Assembly (NCBI GenBank): GCA_038045945.1
Contig: JBBSXC010000004.1
Location: 64,001-128,000 of the forward strand
From: Nanobdellota archaeon
GTDB taxonomy: Archaea; Nanobdellota; Nanobdellia; Pacearchaeales; GW2011-AR1
Length of the DNA stretch: 64,000 nt
Direction of reading: 5' to 3'
Shown here: piece by piece, positions 8,520-16,864 of the stretch
Position numbering within the stretch: the first letter of the stretch is position 1
Layout of the letters: every line of letters begins with the position of its first letter
The notes under the pieces: model-generated
Told to the model about the DNA's origin: nothing
Database searches by the model: none
What the model saw: the letters and a program-made list of their open reading frames with translations, nothing else
Made by a program: the position numbers and the translations under genes

Positions 8520-9242
8520 ATGAGTAAAGAATGGCACGAATTAGGACAACACGAACTAAAAAACCCTAGTTTATTCCAGCCTTACTTGGATAATAATGAT
8601 GAAGTATTAGAAATAGGGGCAGGAAGAGGAGGAATAACAACAATTCTAGCAAAAAATTGCAAGAAAGTCTTATCATTCGAAATAGACAAGGCTTATGAGG
8701 AAGAATTAGCGAAAATTTCTGGTAAGAACACAAAAATTATTTTAGGAGACTGTTTAGACTACGATTGGATAGGAGTCAAAAAAATTGTTTCAAACCTACC
8801 ATTCCACTTAGCAGAACCAGTAATAAAAAAAGCGATAAGATCAGAAATACCAGAATTATTACTGTTATTATCAGAAAAATCAAGATACAAACTATTATCA
8901 GATGAAGATTTTGGATTCATAATAAGAAAATATTATGATACAGAAGTATTAGAAGAAGTAACGCCAGGGAATTATGAACCAGAACCAAGCACAACAACAT
9001 GGCTAATAAGAATGAAAAAAAGAGAGAATACAGGAGAAAACGATAAAATAATCCTAAATGTCTATTTAGGAAAGGGAAAAATAAAGAATTCAATAATAAA
9101 ATCATTAGTTAGTATTGGGATGACAAAGAATCAGGCTAGAGAAAAGATAACAAGCATGAAAATGAGTGAAGTTACACTGGACAAACAGTGCAACAAAGCA
9201 ACAATAAAACTCCTAAAAATTATTAATAAAAAGTTAGAGTAA
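8520..9242 (+). CDS. rsmA: 16S rRNA adenine dimethyltransferase KsgA/Dim1, divergent
   Basis: GQH, VLEIGAGRGGIT, FEID, GD, VSNLPF motifs. Confidence 0.75.
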   Translation: MSKEWHELGQHELKNPSLFQPYLDNNDEVLEIGAGRGGITTILAKNCKKVLSFEIDKAYEEELAKISGKNTKIILGDCLDYDWIGVKKIVSNLPFHLAEPVIKKAIRSEIPELLLLLSEKSRYKLLSDEDFGFIIRKYYDTEVLEEVTPGNYEPEPSTTTWLIRMKKRENTGENDKIILNVYLGKGKIKNSIIKSLVSIGMTKNQAREKITSMKMSEVTLDKQCNKATIKLLKIINKKLE

Positions 9243-9273
9243 AAAAAGAAAAGAAAAAAATAAAAATTCTTAT

Positions 9274-9456
9274 TTACTCAGCGTCTTCTACAGATTCGCC
9301 ATCTTCTAACTGCGAAATTCTTTCAGCGATACCCTTAGACTCTTGGTCAAGACTTTTCTTGTACTCTCTAAGCATCTCAATCTTTTCATCACGAGTCAAG
9401 AAGTTTCTACCAATAGGGAAACTACCGCAAGAACTTCCATAACAAGATCCATTCAT
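9274..9456 (-). CDS. Small coiled-coil protein (DUF5320-like)
   Basis: GGAGG SD; Cys/Gly-rich N-terminus then RNFLTRDEKIEML...IAERISQLE. Confidence 0.65.
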   Translation of the reverse strand: MNGSCYGSSCGSFPIGRNFLTRDEKIEMLREYKKSLDQESKGIAERISQLEDGESVEDAE

Positions 9457-9477
9457 ATTTTTTTAACCTCCTGTACA

Positions 9478-9533
9478 TATCGTACATACGATAATAGAAA
9501 TTAGTTATATTTAAATATATCGGTCATCCAATA
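9478..9533. promoter_or_regulatory. Bidirectional promoter with two putative PadR operators
   Basis: TATCGTA-CA-TACGATA (9478-9493), palindromic TATATTTAAATATA (9506-9519), related TATCGGT-CA-TCCAATA (9518-9533). Confidence 0.6.
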
Positions 9534-9539
9534 AGAAGG

Positions 9540-9842
9540 ATGGATAAAAGAGACAAAAATAATTGTTGCGACATGAGAGGATTCTTATCTTTCCTCATAC
9601 TCTTTATCCTATCAAAGGATAATTTGAGCGGCCAAGAAATTGCAAAAGAGCTTGAAAAGAGAAGAGGAGACAAACCAAGCCCAGGAACGATTTATCCCGC
9701 CCTTAAGTCGTTAAAGGATTGCGGATGGATTAGCGAAAAGAAGAGCGGCAAATCTATTATTTATACATTAACCACTAAAGGTAAGTCTGTTCTCAAAGAA
9801 GCTAAGGCTCAGTTTTGTAGAACATTTACAGACATATTCTAA
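9540..9842 (+). CDS. PadR-family transcriptional regulator
   Basis: SGQEIAKEL...PSPGTIYPALKSL...GWI...YTLTTKG. Confidence 0.92.
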   Translation: MDKRDKNNCCDMRGFLSFLILFILSKDNLSGQEIAKELEKRRGDKPSPGTIYPALKSLKDCGWISEKKSGKSIIYTLTTKGKSVLKEAKAQFCRTFTDIF

Positions 9843-9848
9843 AAATTA

Positions 9849-10196
9849 TTATAAGTTACTGCAACCGTCCGCTTGTCGATCCGTGTGACCACACTTAGCA
9901 CACTTGAACAAGTACACGTTTGATTCATCTCCTAAGAATGCTCCCAAGTCTTTTACGTATCCTTCTCCGTGACCACACTTACTACAAACATGAGGGAATA
10001 CTCCTTCTGCCGGAGCAGAGTTAGAATCAGCCACTTCCTTACTTACATGAGGCTTAGCTTCTGTTTTATTTTTTGCTATTACTCCCGATAATAATAGTTT
10101 TGCCTTTCCGCAAGTGCAGCTAGCTGTTGCGAAACCACCATTCTTTAAAACAGTCATTATTTTTCCACATTCATCACAAAAATGCATTGCTGACAT
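9849..10196 (-). CDS. Transcription factor S (TFS/RpoM) family, divergent
   Basis: Two Zn ribbons (FCDECG...CTCG; CSKCG...CAKCG) with GDE acidic hairpin. Confidence 0.75.
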   Translation of the reverse strand: MSAMHFCDECGKIMTVLKNGGFATASCTCGKAKLLLSGVIAKNKTEAKPHVSKEVADSNSAPAEGVFPHVCSKCGHGEGYVKDLGAFLGDESNVYLFKCAKCGHTDRQADGCSNL

Positions 10197-10306
10197 CTTG
10201 TGAATTACAAAAACAAGGTTTAAAGATTCTCCGAATCTTGAGACCTAAAAATTGCAAATGATGAGCAATATTAAGGTTTAAATATCTCTCTTGCGATTTT
10301 CTCGTA

Positions 10307-10690
10307 ATGGTACTTGATACTTTCAGAAACTTTGCTATTGCTATACTAATATTTATTATGCTTGATGGAGTATGGCTTGGTCTGATAATTAAACCGACTT
10401 ATAGCAAGCTCCTTAATAAATTCAAACTAAAGAAGATTAATCTCTTATCAGCCCTTATTGCTTACTCATTCTTAGCTTTAGGTATTGCATTGTTTGTTAT
10501 TCCTAGAGTTATTACTCCCCTTCCAGCTTTCTTTTTCGGTGTTATTTTCGGGCTAATAATTTATGGGTTTTACAACTTTACTAACTTCGCCATTTTTGAT
10601 GGTTACGAGTTTTCATTCTTAGCTATTGATGTTTTGTGGGGCGCTATTGCTAGCGGTATAACAAGCATACTCGTGTTTTTATCAATTTAA
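10307..10690 (+). CDS. DUF2177 family membrane protein
   Basis: LDGVWLG, GLIIYGFYNFTN, DVLWG motifs. Confidence 0.85.
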   Translation: MVLDTFRNFAIAILIFIMLDGVWLGLIIKPTYSKLLNKFKLKKINLLSALIAYSFLALGIALFVIPRVITPLPAFFFGVIFGLIIYGFYNFTNFAIFDGYEFSFLAIDVLWGAIASGITSILVFLSI

Positions 10691-10750
10691 AACTATTAAT
10701 TCTTAAGTAATAACGTCGATTATTTATACTTTCTACCTAATTATTATATA

Positions 10751-11329
10751 ATGGAAGCAAGTAAAGACTTAGCATTATTTTTAGGAATGTTATGCGGAGA
10801 TGGATGGCTGTCACTTGTTACAAGAGGGGATGGTTATCATAATCACAAAGTATGCTTTTGCAATACAGATGTAGTCGTTATTAATAACTTTAAAGACTTA
10901 TTTTTTAAAATATTTGGTGCTAAGATCAACACATATATCAGAAAAAGGCCCCTTAGAAAAAAGATTTTTGAGCTCTCCTCATATTCAAGAGAAGTTTTCA
11001 GTAAGATTAAGGAAATGGGCTTTCCTATTGGGGTTAAGCGGGATGTTCTAAGAATTCCCGAGATAGTAAGAAATGGTTCCAATCAGGAGAAGCTAACTTT
11101 TATTTTTGGCCTCTATTTAACTGATGGTTGTCTGAAGAAAGATAACTTTATTCATTTTCACTCTGGGAGTAAGTTACTATTAGAAGATGTTTCTGAAATT
11201 GTGAACGAGTTATTCAAGGACAAAAGAGTAGTAAAATCTTACATACAACAACAGAAATATACCTCTTATCAATTAGGTTTAAATAAGGAAGAAACTCGAA
11301 TGATATTATCGTGTGCCCACATCGCGTAA
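10751..11329 (+). CDS. Free-standing double-motif LAGLIDADG homing endonuclease
   Basis: LALFLGMLCGDG and FIFGLYLTDG motifs; leaderless TATA 28 nt upstream; stop codon lies inside tRNA-Ser. Confidence 0.85.
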   Translation: MEASKDLALFLGMLCGDGWLSLVTRGDGYHNHKVCFCNTDVVVINNFKDLFFKIFGAKINTYIRKRPLRKKIFELSSYSREVFSKIKEMGFPIGVKRDVLRIPEIVRNGSNQEKLTFIFGLYLTDGCLKKDNFIHFHSGSKLLLEDVSEIVNELFKDKRVVKSYIQQQKYTSYQLGLNKEETRMILSCAHIA

Positions 11330-11395
11330 TGGTATCGCACTAGTCTTGAGAACTAGGCCAGAAATGGCATCCCCGTTCAATTCGGGGTGTGGGCG
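11315..11395 (+). tRNA. tRNA-Ser (TGA)
   Basis: Acceptor GCCCACA/TGTGGGC, anticodon arm CTAGT-CTTGAGA-ACTAG, variable arm GCCA-GAAA-TGGC, T arm CCCCG-TTCAATT-CGGGG. Confidence 0.93.
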
Positions 11396-11435
11396 TTCCC
11401 AATCATTTATAAAATAACTTTCTTAACAACAATTT

Positions 11436-11825
11436 ATGAGCTTCTTAAAATTTGGTGATGACGGAAAACTATTATTGACAGGAAGTATGAAAAGAGAGAA
11501 AGATGAAGAAGAATCAAGTATTATCTTAACAAAATTGCAAGTTAGTGAAAGTAGTCCAGCAATAGCACAACTAAAAATAAGGTTAGGAAGGAAAATTTCT
11601 GGAGACAGGAAACTTTTCACTTCACTAAGAGAACAATGCGAAAAATATGTACAATACAAACAAGCATCATCACAAACAAATATCACCACAACAGAGGAGG
11701 AAATAACTGTAGAGTCTAAGTCATCATGGGACATGTACACATACCTAAAAGAATTAATGATGAACATAAAAAATAATAATTACGGGAACAAAGTAGTAGT
11801 CAGAGGAAGCTGGGCCAAGGAATAA
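11436..11825 (+). CDS. Hypothetical protein
   Basis: 129-aa ORF, TTTATAAA about 28 nt upstream of ATG. Confidence 0.6.
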   Translation: MSFLKFGDDGKLLLTGSMKREKDEEESSIILTKLQVSESSPAIAQLKIRLGRKISGDRKLFTSLREQCEKYVQYKQASSQTNITTTEEEITVESKSSWDMYTYLKELMMNIKNNNYGNKVVVRGSWAKE

Positions 11826-11828
11826 TTT

Positions 11829-12230
11829 TTACAAGGACCCAGACTTATCAAACCATTCTATTGGAGTTATAAAACCAGTATCTCTCCTAAACCCCTCTAT
11901 TTTATCTAAAAGTTCTTTAGCGCTATAAACTCTACCAGGAACTAAATCATACTTCTCAATGCATAATCTGTCCTTAAAACCGTCCTTTAGACAAAATGCT
12001 TCCCTTAAAGGACAGGGAGAAGATGACTCCTCACATAAAGAATCTAAACCCTTAACTATCCTAACCTCTAATTCTGGGCTACTAATAACCTTTTTGTAAG
12101 ATGATTCTACAACACGACTAAATTCTTTACCATATTCTTCATTCTCTTGGAAAAAATCAGCAAAAGAGTTAAAATAATTCCAAGCCAAATTTGCAACATG
12201 ATGACCCCTCAAAGTTAAGACTTCTACCAT
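11829..12230 (-). CDS. DUF1284-like metal-binding protein
   Basis: LTLRGHH and GLDSLCE..SPCP motifs; start revised to ATG 12230. Confidence 0.6.
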   Translation of the reverse strand: MVEVLTLRGHHVANLAWNYFNSFADFFQENEEYGKEFSRVVESSYKKVISSPELEVRIVKGLDSLCEESSSPCPLREAFCLKDGFKDRLCIEKYDLVPGRVYSAKELLDKIEGFRRDTGFITPIEWFDKSGSL

Positions 12231-12319
12231 GAAACACTGCTCAAACAATATTTAATAAACATATAGATGATTACCAAGTCACGCGACTAATTTATAAATA
12301 CTAAAATAATAATCATAAA

Positions 12320-12904
12320 ATGAAAGAGATGATAAAAAGTCATAAGGGAAAGTTTATAATGGGAGTAATTATTGGGATAATAATAATTGGGATAATAATC
12401 ATGGTAAAAACAAACGAATCAGGCGTTAAAGTAAGTGAAGGAAACAAACTAGCAGTTCTAGAAACAAATTATGGAATAATAAAGATTGAGCTTTACTCTA
12501 AAGAAATGCCGATAACAGCAGGAAATTTTGAAAGTTTAGTAAATAAAGGGTTTTATAACAACGTAATTTTCCATAGAATAATTGATGGATTCATGATACA
12601 GGGAGGAGACCCTACAGGAACAGGAATGGGAGGACCAGGATACGAAATTAAAGATGAATTCACAAGAAAAGCTTTAGATCAGAATAATAGGGGAACAATA
12701 AGTATGGCTAACGCAGGACCAAACACCGGAGGAAGCCAATTCTTCATAAACCTAGTCAATAACAACTTCCTTGATGGAAAACACCCAGTTTTCGGAAAAG
12801 TAGTAGAGGGAATGGAAGTGATAGACAAGATAGCTAAAGTACCAACAAACCAAAACGATAAGCCACTAAAAGACGTCAAGATAGAAAAAGCTTACATACA
12901 ATAA
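12320..12904 (+). CDS. ppiB: Cyclophilin-type peptidyl-prolyl isomerase with N-terminal anchor
   Basis: FHRIIDGFMIQGGDP, SMANAGPNTGGSQFFI, HPVFGKV. Confidence 0.95.
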   Translation: MKEMIKSHKGKFIMGVIIGIIIIGIIIMVKTNESGVKVSEGNKLAVLETNYGIIKIELYSKEMPITAGNFESLVNKGFYNNVIFHRIIDGFMIQGGDPTGTGMGGPGYEIKDEFTRKALDQNNRGTISMANAGPNTGGSQFFINLVNNNFLDGKHPVFGKVVEGMEVIDKIAKVPTNQNDKPLKDVKIEKAYIQ

Positions 12905-12990
12905 AAAAATTCTTTTTATAAAATTTTACAACTAGAGAAGTTTTTACAAATACAGCTCCTCTTTAAGAATAAGAAAACTTTTTGTCAATA

Positions 12991-13332
12991 ATGGCAAATA
13001 AAAACAACAGAGTAAGAGACAATGAAGGATTAGAAAGGTCTCAAGGAAGTTTTGAAAGCTCTGCTAGAGGAAGTAACCAAGCCAGAGGACTGCAAGCAGT
13101 GGAAGTAGAGAGAGATAGTGCTATGAGCTCAGAATCAGGCACTAACAACTCAGCAGACAGACTTTACGACAATTGGCCAATGGACAAGTTGAAGCAGAAA
13201 GCTGAAAAGCTTGGAATAGTAGACATTGGAGAGATGGGAAGAAAAGAGATAATATCGGCTATTAGTGAGCTCGAGTCAGAAGATGTAGAAGTAGAAGAAG
13301 GAACATCAGACGACGATGAAGAGATGAATTAA
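12991..13332 (+). CDS. Acidic low-complexity protein with Rho_N-like helical domain
   Basis: DKLKQKAEKLGIVDIGEMGRKEIISAI resembles Rho_N. Confidence 0.6.
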   Translation: MANKNNRVRDNEGLERSQGSFESSARGSNQARGLQAVEVERDSAMSSESGTNNSADRLYDNWPMDKLKQKAEKLGIVDIGEMGRKEIISAISELESEDVEVEEGTSDDDEEMN

Positions 13333-13502
13333 GAAGAAAGCATCTATTGACACCAATAAGTCGCCCTTGATAAACCAAAAAATCTTTTTTTATTTAAATT
13401 TATTTTTAAACATACAGAAAAAGTAAAAATTTGACACCTAAACAATAAGAAGTCTTTTATTATACTAATCTCCTTTAATAAGCGAAAAACGTTAATTAAC
13501 AT

Positions 13503-13667
13503 ATGGGTCTATTAGGATGGGCATTAATATTTTTGGTAGTAGCATTAATTGCTGCAGTTTTCGGATTTGGAATGGTAGCAGGAGTTGCTGGATCGATTGC
13601 TAAAGTAATATTCTTCGTGTTCTTAATATTACTAATAATATCACTTGTGAAACACCTAGCAAAATAA
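13503..13667 (+). CDS. DUF1328/YtjA family small membrane protein (54 aa)
   Basis: Manual translation [54 protein letters not shown]; not in ORF track. Confidence 0.9.
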   Translation: MGLLGWALIFLVVALIAAVFGFGMVAGVAGSIAKVIFFVFLILLIISLVKHLAK

Positions 13668-13674
13668 AAAAACT

Positions 13675-14208
13675 TTAGAATTTTTTTGATATCCAGCCAA
13701 CTAAAAATCCGATTGAGGCAGATACTAAGCCGATTAACATTAACCTAGAACCTTTACTAAACCATTTGCCACTATGAGTAACTTTTGATTCTAAAGCACC
13801 AGTAAGGAATAATGCTAAAGCGGTGATTATTGAAGAAACAACCATCGCATTATTAATACTAATGAAGAAGAACGGTAATAAAGGTATTAATGAACCAATT
13901 ATTGATGCTATTAGAACTACCCAGGCACTCCTAAGAGGATGAATGAGCTTTTTTGACAAACTGGCGCTTACATTCATATTTTTATAATAATCTCTTTCTG
14001 CTTCACTAGAGGTATAAGCAACAGCACTCATGGATATGCTTTCAGAAAATGTTGATGCTAAACCGGCAATAATAACGATTCTAGAGTCACCAGTGGCTAT
14101 ACCTAAACCTAATGAAAGACCGAGAACCTCAACAAGCCCGTCTTGACCTCCAAGAATTAAGTCTTTAAAGAAAGCACCAGAATCATCACCCTTAACCCTT
14201 TTATTCAT
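13675..14208 (-). CDS. VIT1/CCC1 Fe/Mn transporter family
   Basis: KDLILGGQDGLV, SISMSAVAYTSSEAE, GSLIPLLPF. Confidence 0.9.
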   Translation of the reverse strand: MNKRVKGDDSGAFFKDLILGGQDGLVEVLGLSLGLGIATGDSRIVIIAGLASTFSESISMSAVAYTSSEAERDYYKNMNVSASLSKKLIHPLRSAWVVLIASIIGSLIPLLPFFFISINNAMVVSSIITALALFLTGALESKVTHSGKWFSKGSRLMLIGLVSASIGFLVGWISKKF

Positions 14209-14262
14209 GATTCTAGTAAAGAATAGAGGTATATAAAAAGGTAGCTTAACAACAAAAGGTTT

Positions 14263-15330
14263 ATGACAATAAGCGCAAGCATGATAGTTAAGAATGAATC
14301 ACTATTCTTAGAAGAATGCTTAGAATCAATAAAAGACGTAGTTGATGAAATAATAATTGTTGATACTGGCTCTACTGACAACACCAAGGAAATAGCAAAA
14401 AAGTACACACAAAAGGTTTATGATTTTGAATGGTCAGGAGACTTTAGTAAAGCAAGGAATTATGCCTTAAGCAAAGCAACAAGTGATTGGGTTTTATCAA
14501 TTGATGCTGATGAAAAAATATCAGTTGTTGACAAAAAAAAGTTGTTAGAATTAACAAATAATAATGAGGTTGATGCTTATTACTTAAAATGGAGAGATTA
14601 CAGTAACAGTGAAGGAACTCAAGGTTGGAAGTCGAATAAAAATGATAATTATAAAGAAAACAAAGGTTTTTTAGGGTTTACAGAAACACCAGTATTAAGA
14701 TTATTCAAAAATAATAGGTCTTACAAATTTGTCGGAACAATACACGAAACTATCGCAGAATCAATAAAGAACAATAATGGAATAATTTATGATTGCGACT
14801 TGGTAATACACCACTACGGACACTTAAGAACTAAGGAAGAGCAAGACTACGCTAAGATGCTTAAGGAGAGAATTACAAAAAAAGACTTTAATGATGAAGA
14901 AGAATACTTCATCCTTTACGAAATTGGGAGAGAATTAACAATTAAGAATAATTTAGAAGAAGCAAAAAAGTATTTCGAGTTATCAATAGAAAAAAATCCT
15001 GATTATGCACCGAGCCTATCATCACTTGGAGCAATACACATAAATTTTGGCGACATTAACAAAGCAGAATCACTAATAAAAAAGTCCTTAATAATTAACG
15101 GTAATGACGACTCAGCACACGCAAACCTAGGGGTTATTTACTCAAAAAAAGGAGAGTATAACAAATCATTAAGAAAGTTTGAAAGAGCAATAGAGATTAA
15201 CGATCAATCAGCAGACCATTACTATAATCTTGGAGTTATTTATGAGAAAATGAAAAAATCTTCTAAAGCTAAAGATTTTTATGATAAAGCAATAGAACTT
15301 AACCCTAACTACAAAAAAATAATTGTTTAA
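14263..15330 (+). CDS. GT2 glycosyltransferase with C-terminal TPR repeats
   Basis: MIVKNE, IVDTGSTDNT, DADE, IHE, HHYG, TPRs. Confidence 0.92.
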   Translation: MTISASMIVKNESLFLEECLESIKDVVDEIIIVDTGSTDNTKEIAKKYTQKVYDFEWSGDFSKARNYALSKATSDWVLSIDADEKISVVDKKKLLELTNNNEVDAYYLKWRDYSNSEGTQGWKSNKNDNYKENKGFLGFTETPVLRLFKNNRSYKFVGTIHETIAESIKNNNGIIYDCDLVIHHYGHLRTKEEQDYAKMLKERITKKDFNDEEEYFILYEIGRELTIKNNLEEAKKYFELSIEKNPDYAPSLSSLGAIHINFGDINKAESLIKKSLIINGNDDSAHANLGVIYSKKGEYNKSLRKFERAIEINDQSADHYYNLGVIYEKMKKSSKAKDFYDKAIELNPNYKKIIV

Positions 15331-16811
15331 GCTATAGGATTAACACGAACAAAAAAATTCACTGCCTCTTTTAATTCAGCTGCAGATTGAGAGTAAATAG
15401 TCGTTATTTTTTCTCCCTTAATGACTTTATCACCTAAGTGCTTGTAAAGGTATAATCCTGAAGCTTTTCTTGAAGGGCAACCAGCAATTATTGCTGTTTG
15501 GTTTATTCTTTTAATATCAATATTTTTTATAGTAAAGTTTTTTTCTGCTATTATATCCTTTGAAAACTTTCCGGGTTTGAGTGAAGAAAACTTTTTTGGG
15601 TCTCCCCCTTGAGCTTTAACTATTTCTTTAAACTTCTCATAAGCTTTACCAGAGGATAATATTTCCTGCGCTAAAAACTTACCTTTACCCTTTTTACACT
15701 TCCCTATTAACTCAAAAATGTCAGCTGACATTTCTATAGCCAGTCTCCTCATGTGATGACCCTCTGATCGTCCGCTTAATACTTCAATTACTTCTTTAGC
15801 TTCTAGTAACGGTCCAACACCACTACCCCTAGGCTCTCTTTCGTGGAATAAGAAGCATTTTAGTTTAATCCCGACCTTTTTCCCTACTGACTCAAACTTT
15901 TTTTCTAATTTTAAAGCATCAGACTTATCCTTAACTTTCGCTGTTACACCATAAGGTATATCGATAATTGCGTATTTGGCTCCAACTGACAACTTCTTTG
16001 ATATTATACTAGCTAAAAGTTGTGGTTCTGGGTCTAAATGTAACATTTTTTCAACTTTTATTAGTTTATCATCAGCTGGTGCGAATCCTAATGTTCCACC
16101 CCAGACTATGCAGGCATTAGTTTTATGAATTATTCTTCTAAGCTGAGCAGGACTGAATGATACGTTACACAATACTTCCATACAGTCAGCAGTCCCTGAA
16201 GGACTAGTTATGGCTCTGGAGGAAGTCTTAGGCATCGTTACTCCAGCAGCAGAACAAATAGATATTACTATAGGCGTTATCCTACCAGAAACTCCGCCAA
16301 TACTGTGTTTGTCAACGATTAACTTCTTTTTTAGGTTTAATTTAACTCCCGTATCAACCATTGCACGAGTTAAATCAACTGTTTCTCGCAAAGACATACC
16401 ACAACGATAAATTGCTGCAACAAAATAAGCTATTTCAGCACCAACTAAAACATTATTTGTTATGTCTTTCATAACCTTCTCTAATTCTTCATAACTTAGA
16501 GGCGCACATGACAACTTTTTATGTATTAATTCAACACTTTCTTCATGAGTTGTTAAATCAACTTTTATCATGTCACCAGCTTTAACATTTAATGCTAATA
16601 CTGCTTCAGTTGATAAAATAATCTCATCTTTTTTTACGAATCCATCAGCAATATCAACCATAGCTACAGTTTTACGAGAATTTTTTGATATTAGCACTCT
16701 TCCATCAATCTCCACACCTATGCTTTTTGACAATGATTCGTTCAGCATTACTACAGCACCACCTGCTGACCAATTTAGAATTTTTACTCTTAATAACAAA
16801 TTATTTTTCAC
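15327..16811 (-). CDS. ampp: AMP phosphorylase (thymidine phosphorylase family, archaeal)
   Basis: N-terminal extra domain, DKHSIGGVSG, PKTSSRAITSPSGTAD, GVGPLLEA. Confidence 0.92.
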   Translation of the reverse strand: MKNNLLLRVKILNWSAGGAVVMLNESLSKSIGVEIDGRVLISKNSRKTVAMVDIADGFVKKDEIILSTEAVLALNVKAGDMIKVDLTTHEESVELIHKKLSCAPLSYEELEKVMKDITNNVLVGAEIAYFVAAIYRCGMSLRETVDLTRAMVDTGVKLNLKKKLIVDKHSIGGVSGRITPIVISICSAAGVTMPKTSSRAITSPSGTADCMEVLCNVSFSPAQLRRIIHKTNACIVWGGTLGFAPADDKLIKVEKMLHLDPEPQLLASIISKKLSVGAKYAIIDIPYGVTAKVKDKSDALKLEKKFESVGKKVGIKLKCFLFHEREPRGSGVGPLLEAKEVIEVLSGRSEGHHMRRLAIEMSADIFELIGKCKKGKGKFLAQEILSSGKAYEKFKEIVKAQGGDPKKFSSLKPGKFSKDIIAEKNFTIKNIDIKRINQTAIIAGCPSRKASGLYLYKHLGDKVIKGEKITTIYSQSAAELKEAVNFFVRVNPIA

Positions 16812-16864
16812 CTCTCAAGGTGATAAACAGTAAAGCGTTTTTATACCTTTGTGATAAACCCTTC

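Noticed and set aside
5767-11315. Leaderless tRNA transcription as in Nanoarchaeum equitans
   Set aside because: TATA-to-tRNA distances (33 and 37 nt) exceed the 28-30 nt seen for leaderless ATGs here, implying short leaders
10690-11395. tRNA intron or split tRNA encoding the LAGLIDADG protein
   Set aside because: The tRNA is complete and uninterrupted; no 5' half or bulge-helix-bulge is visible upstream
11315-11395. Selenocysteine or suppressor tRNA
   Set aside because: Anticodon TGA reads UCA (Ser); Sec would need TCA, and the 7-bp acceptor stem is standard
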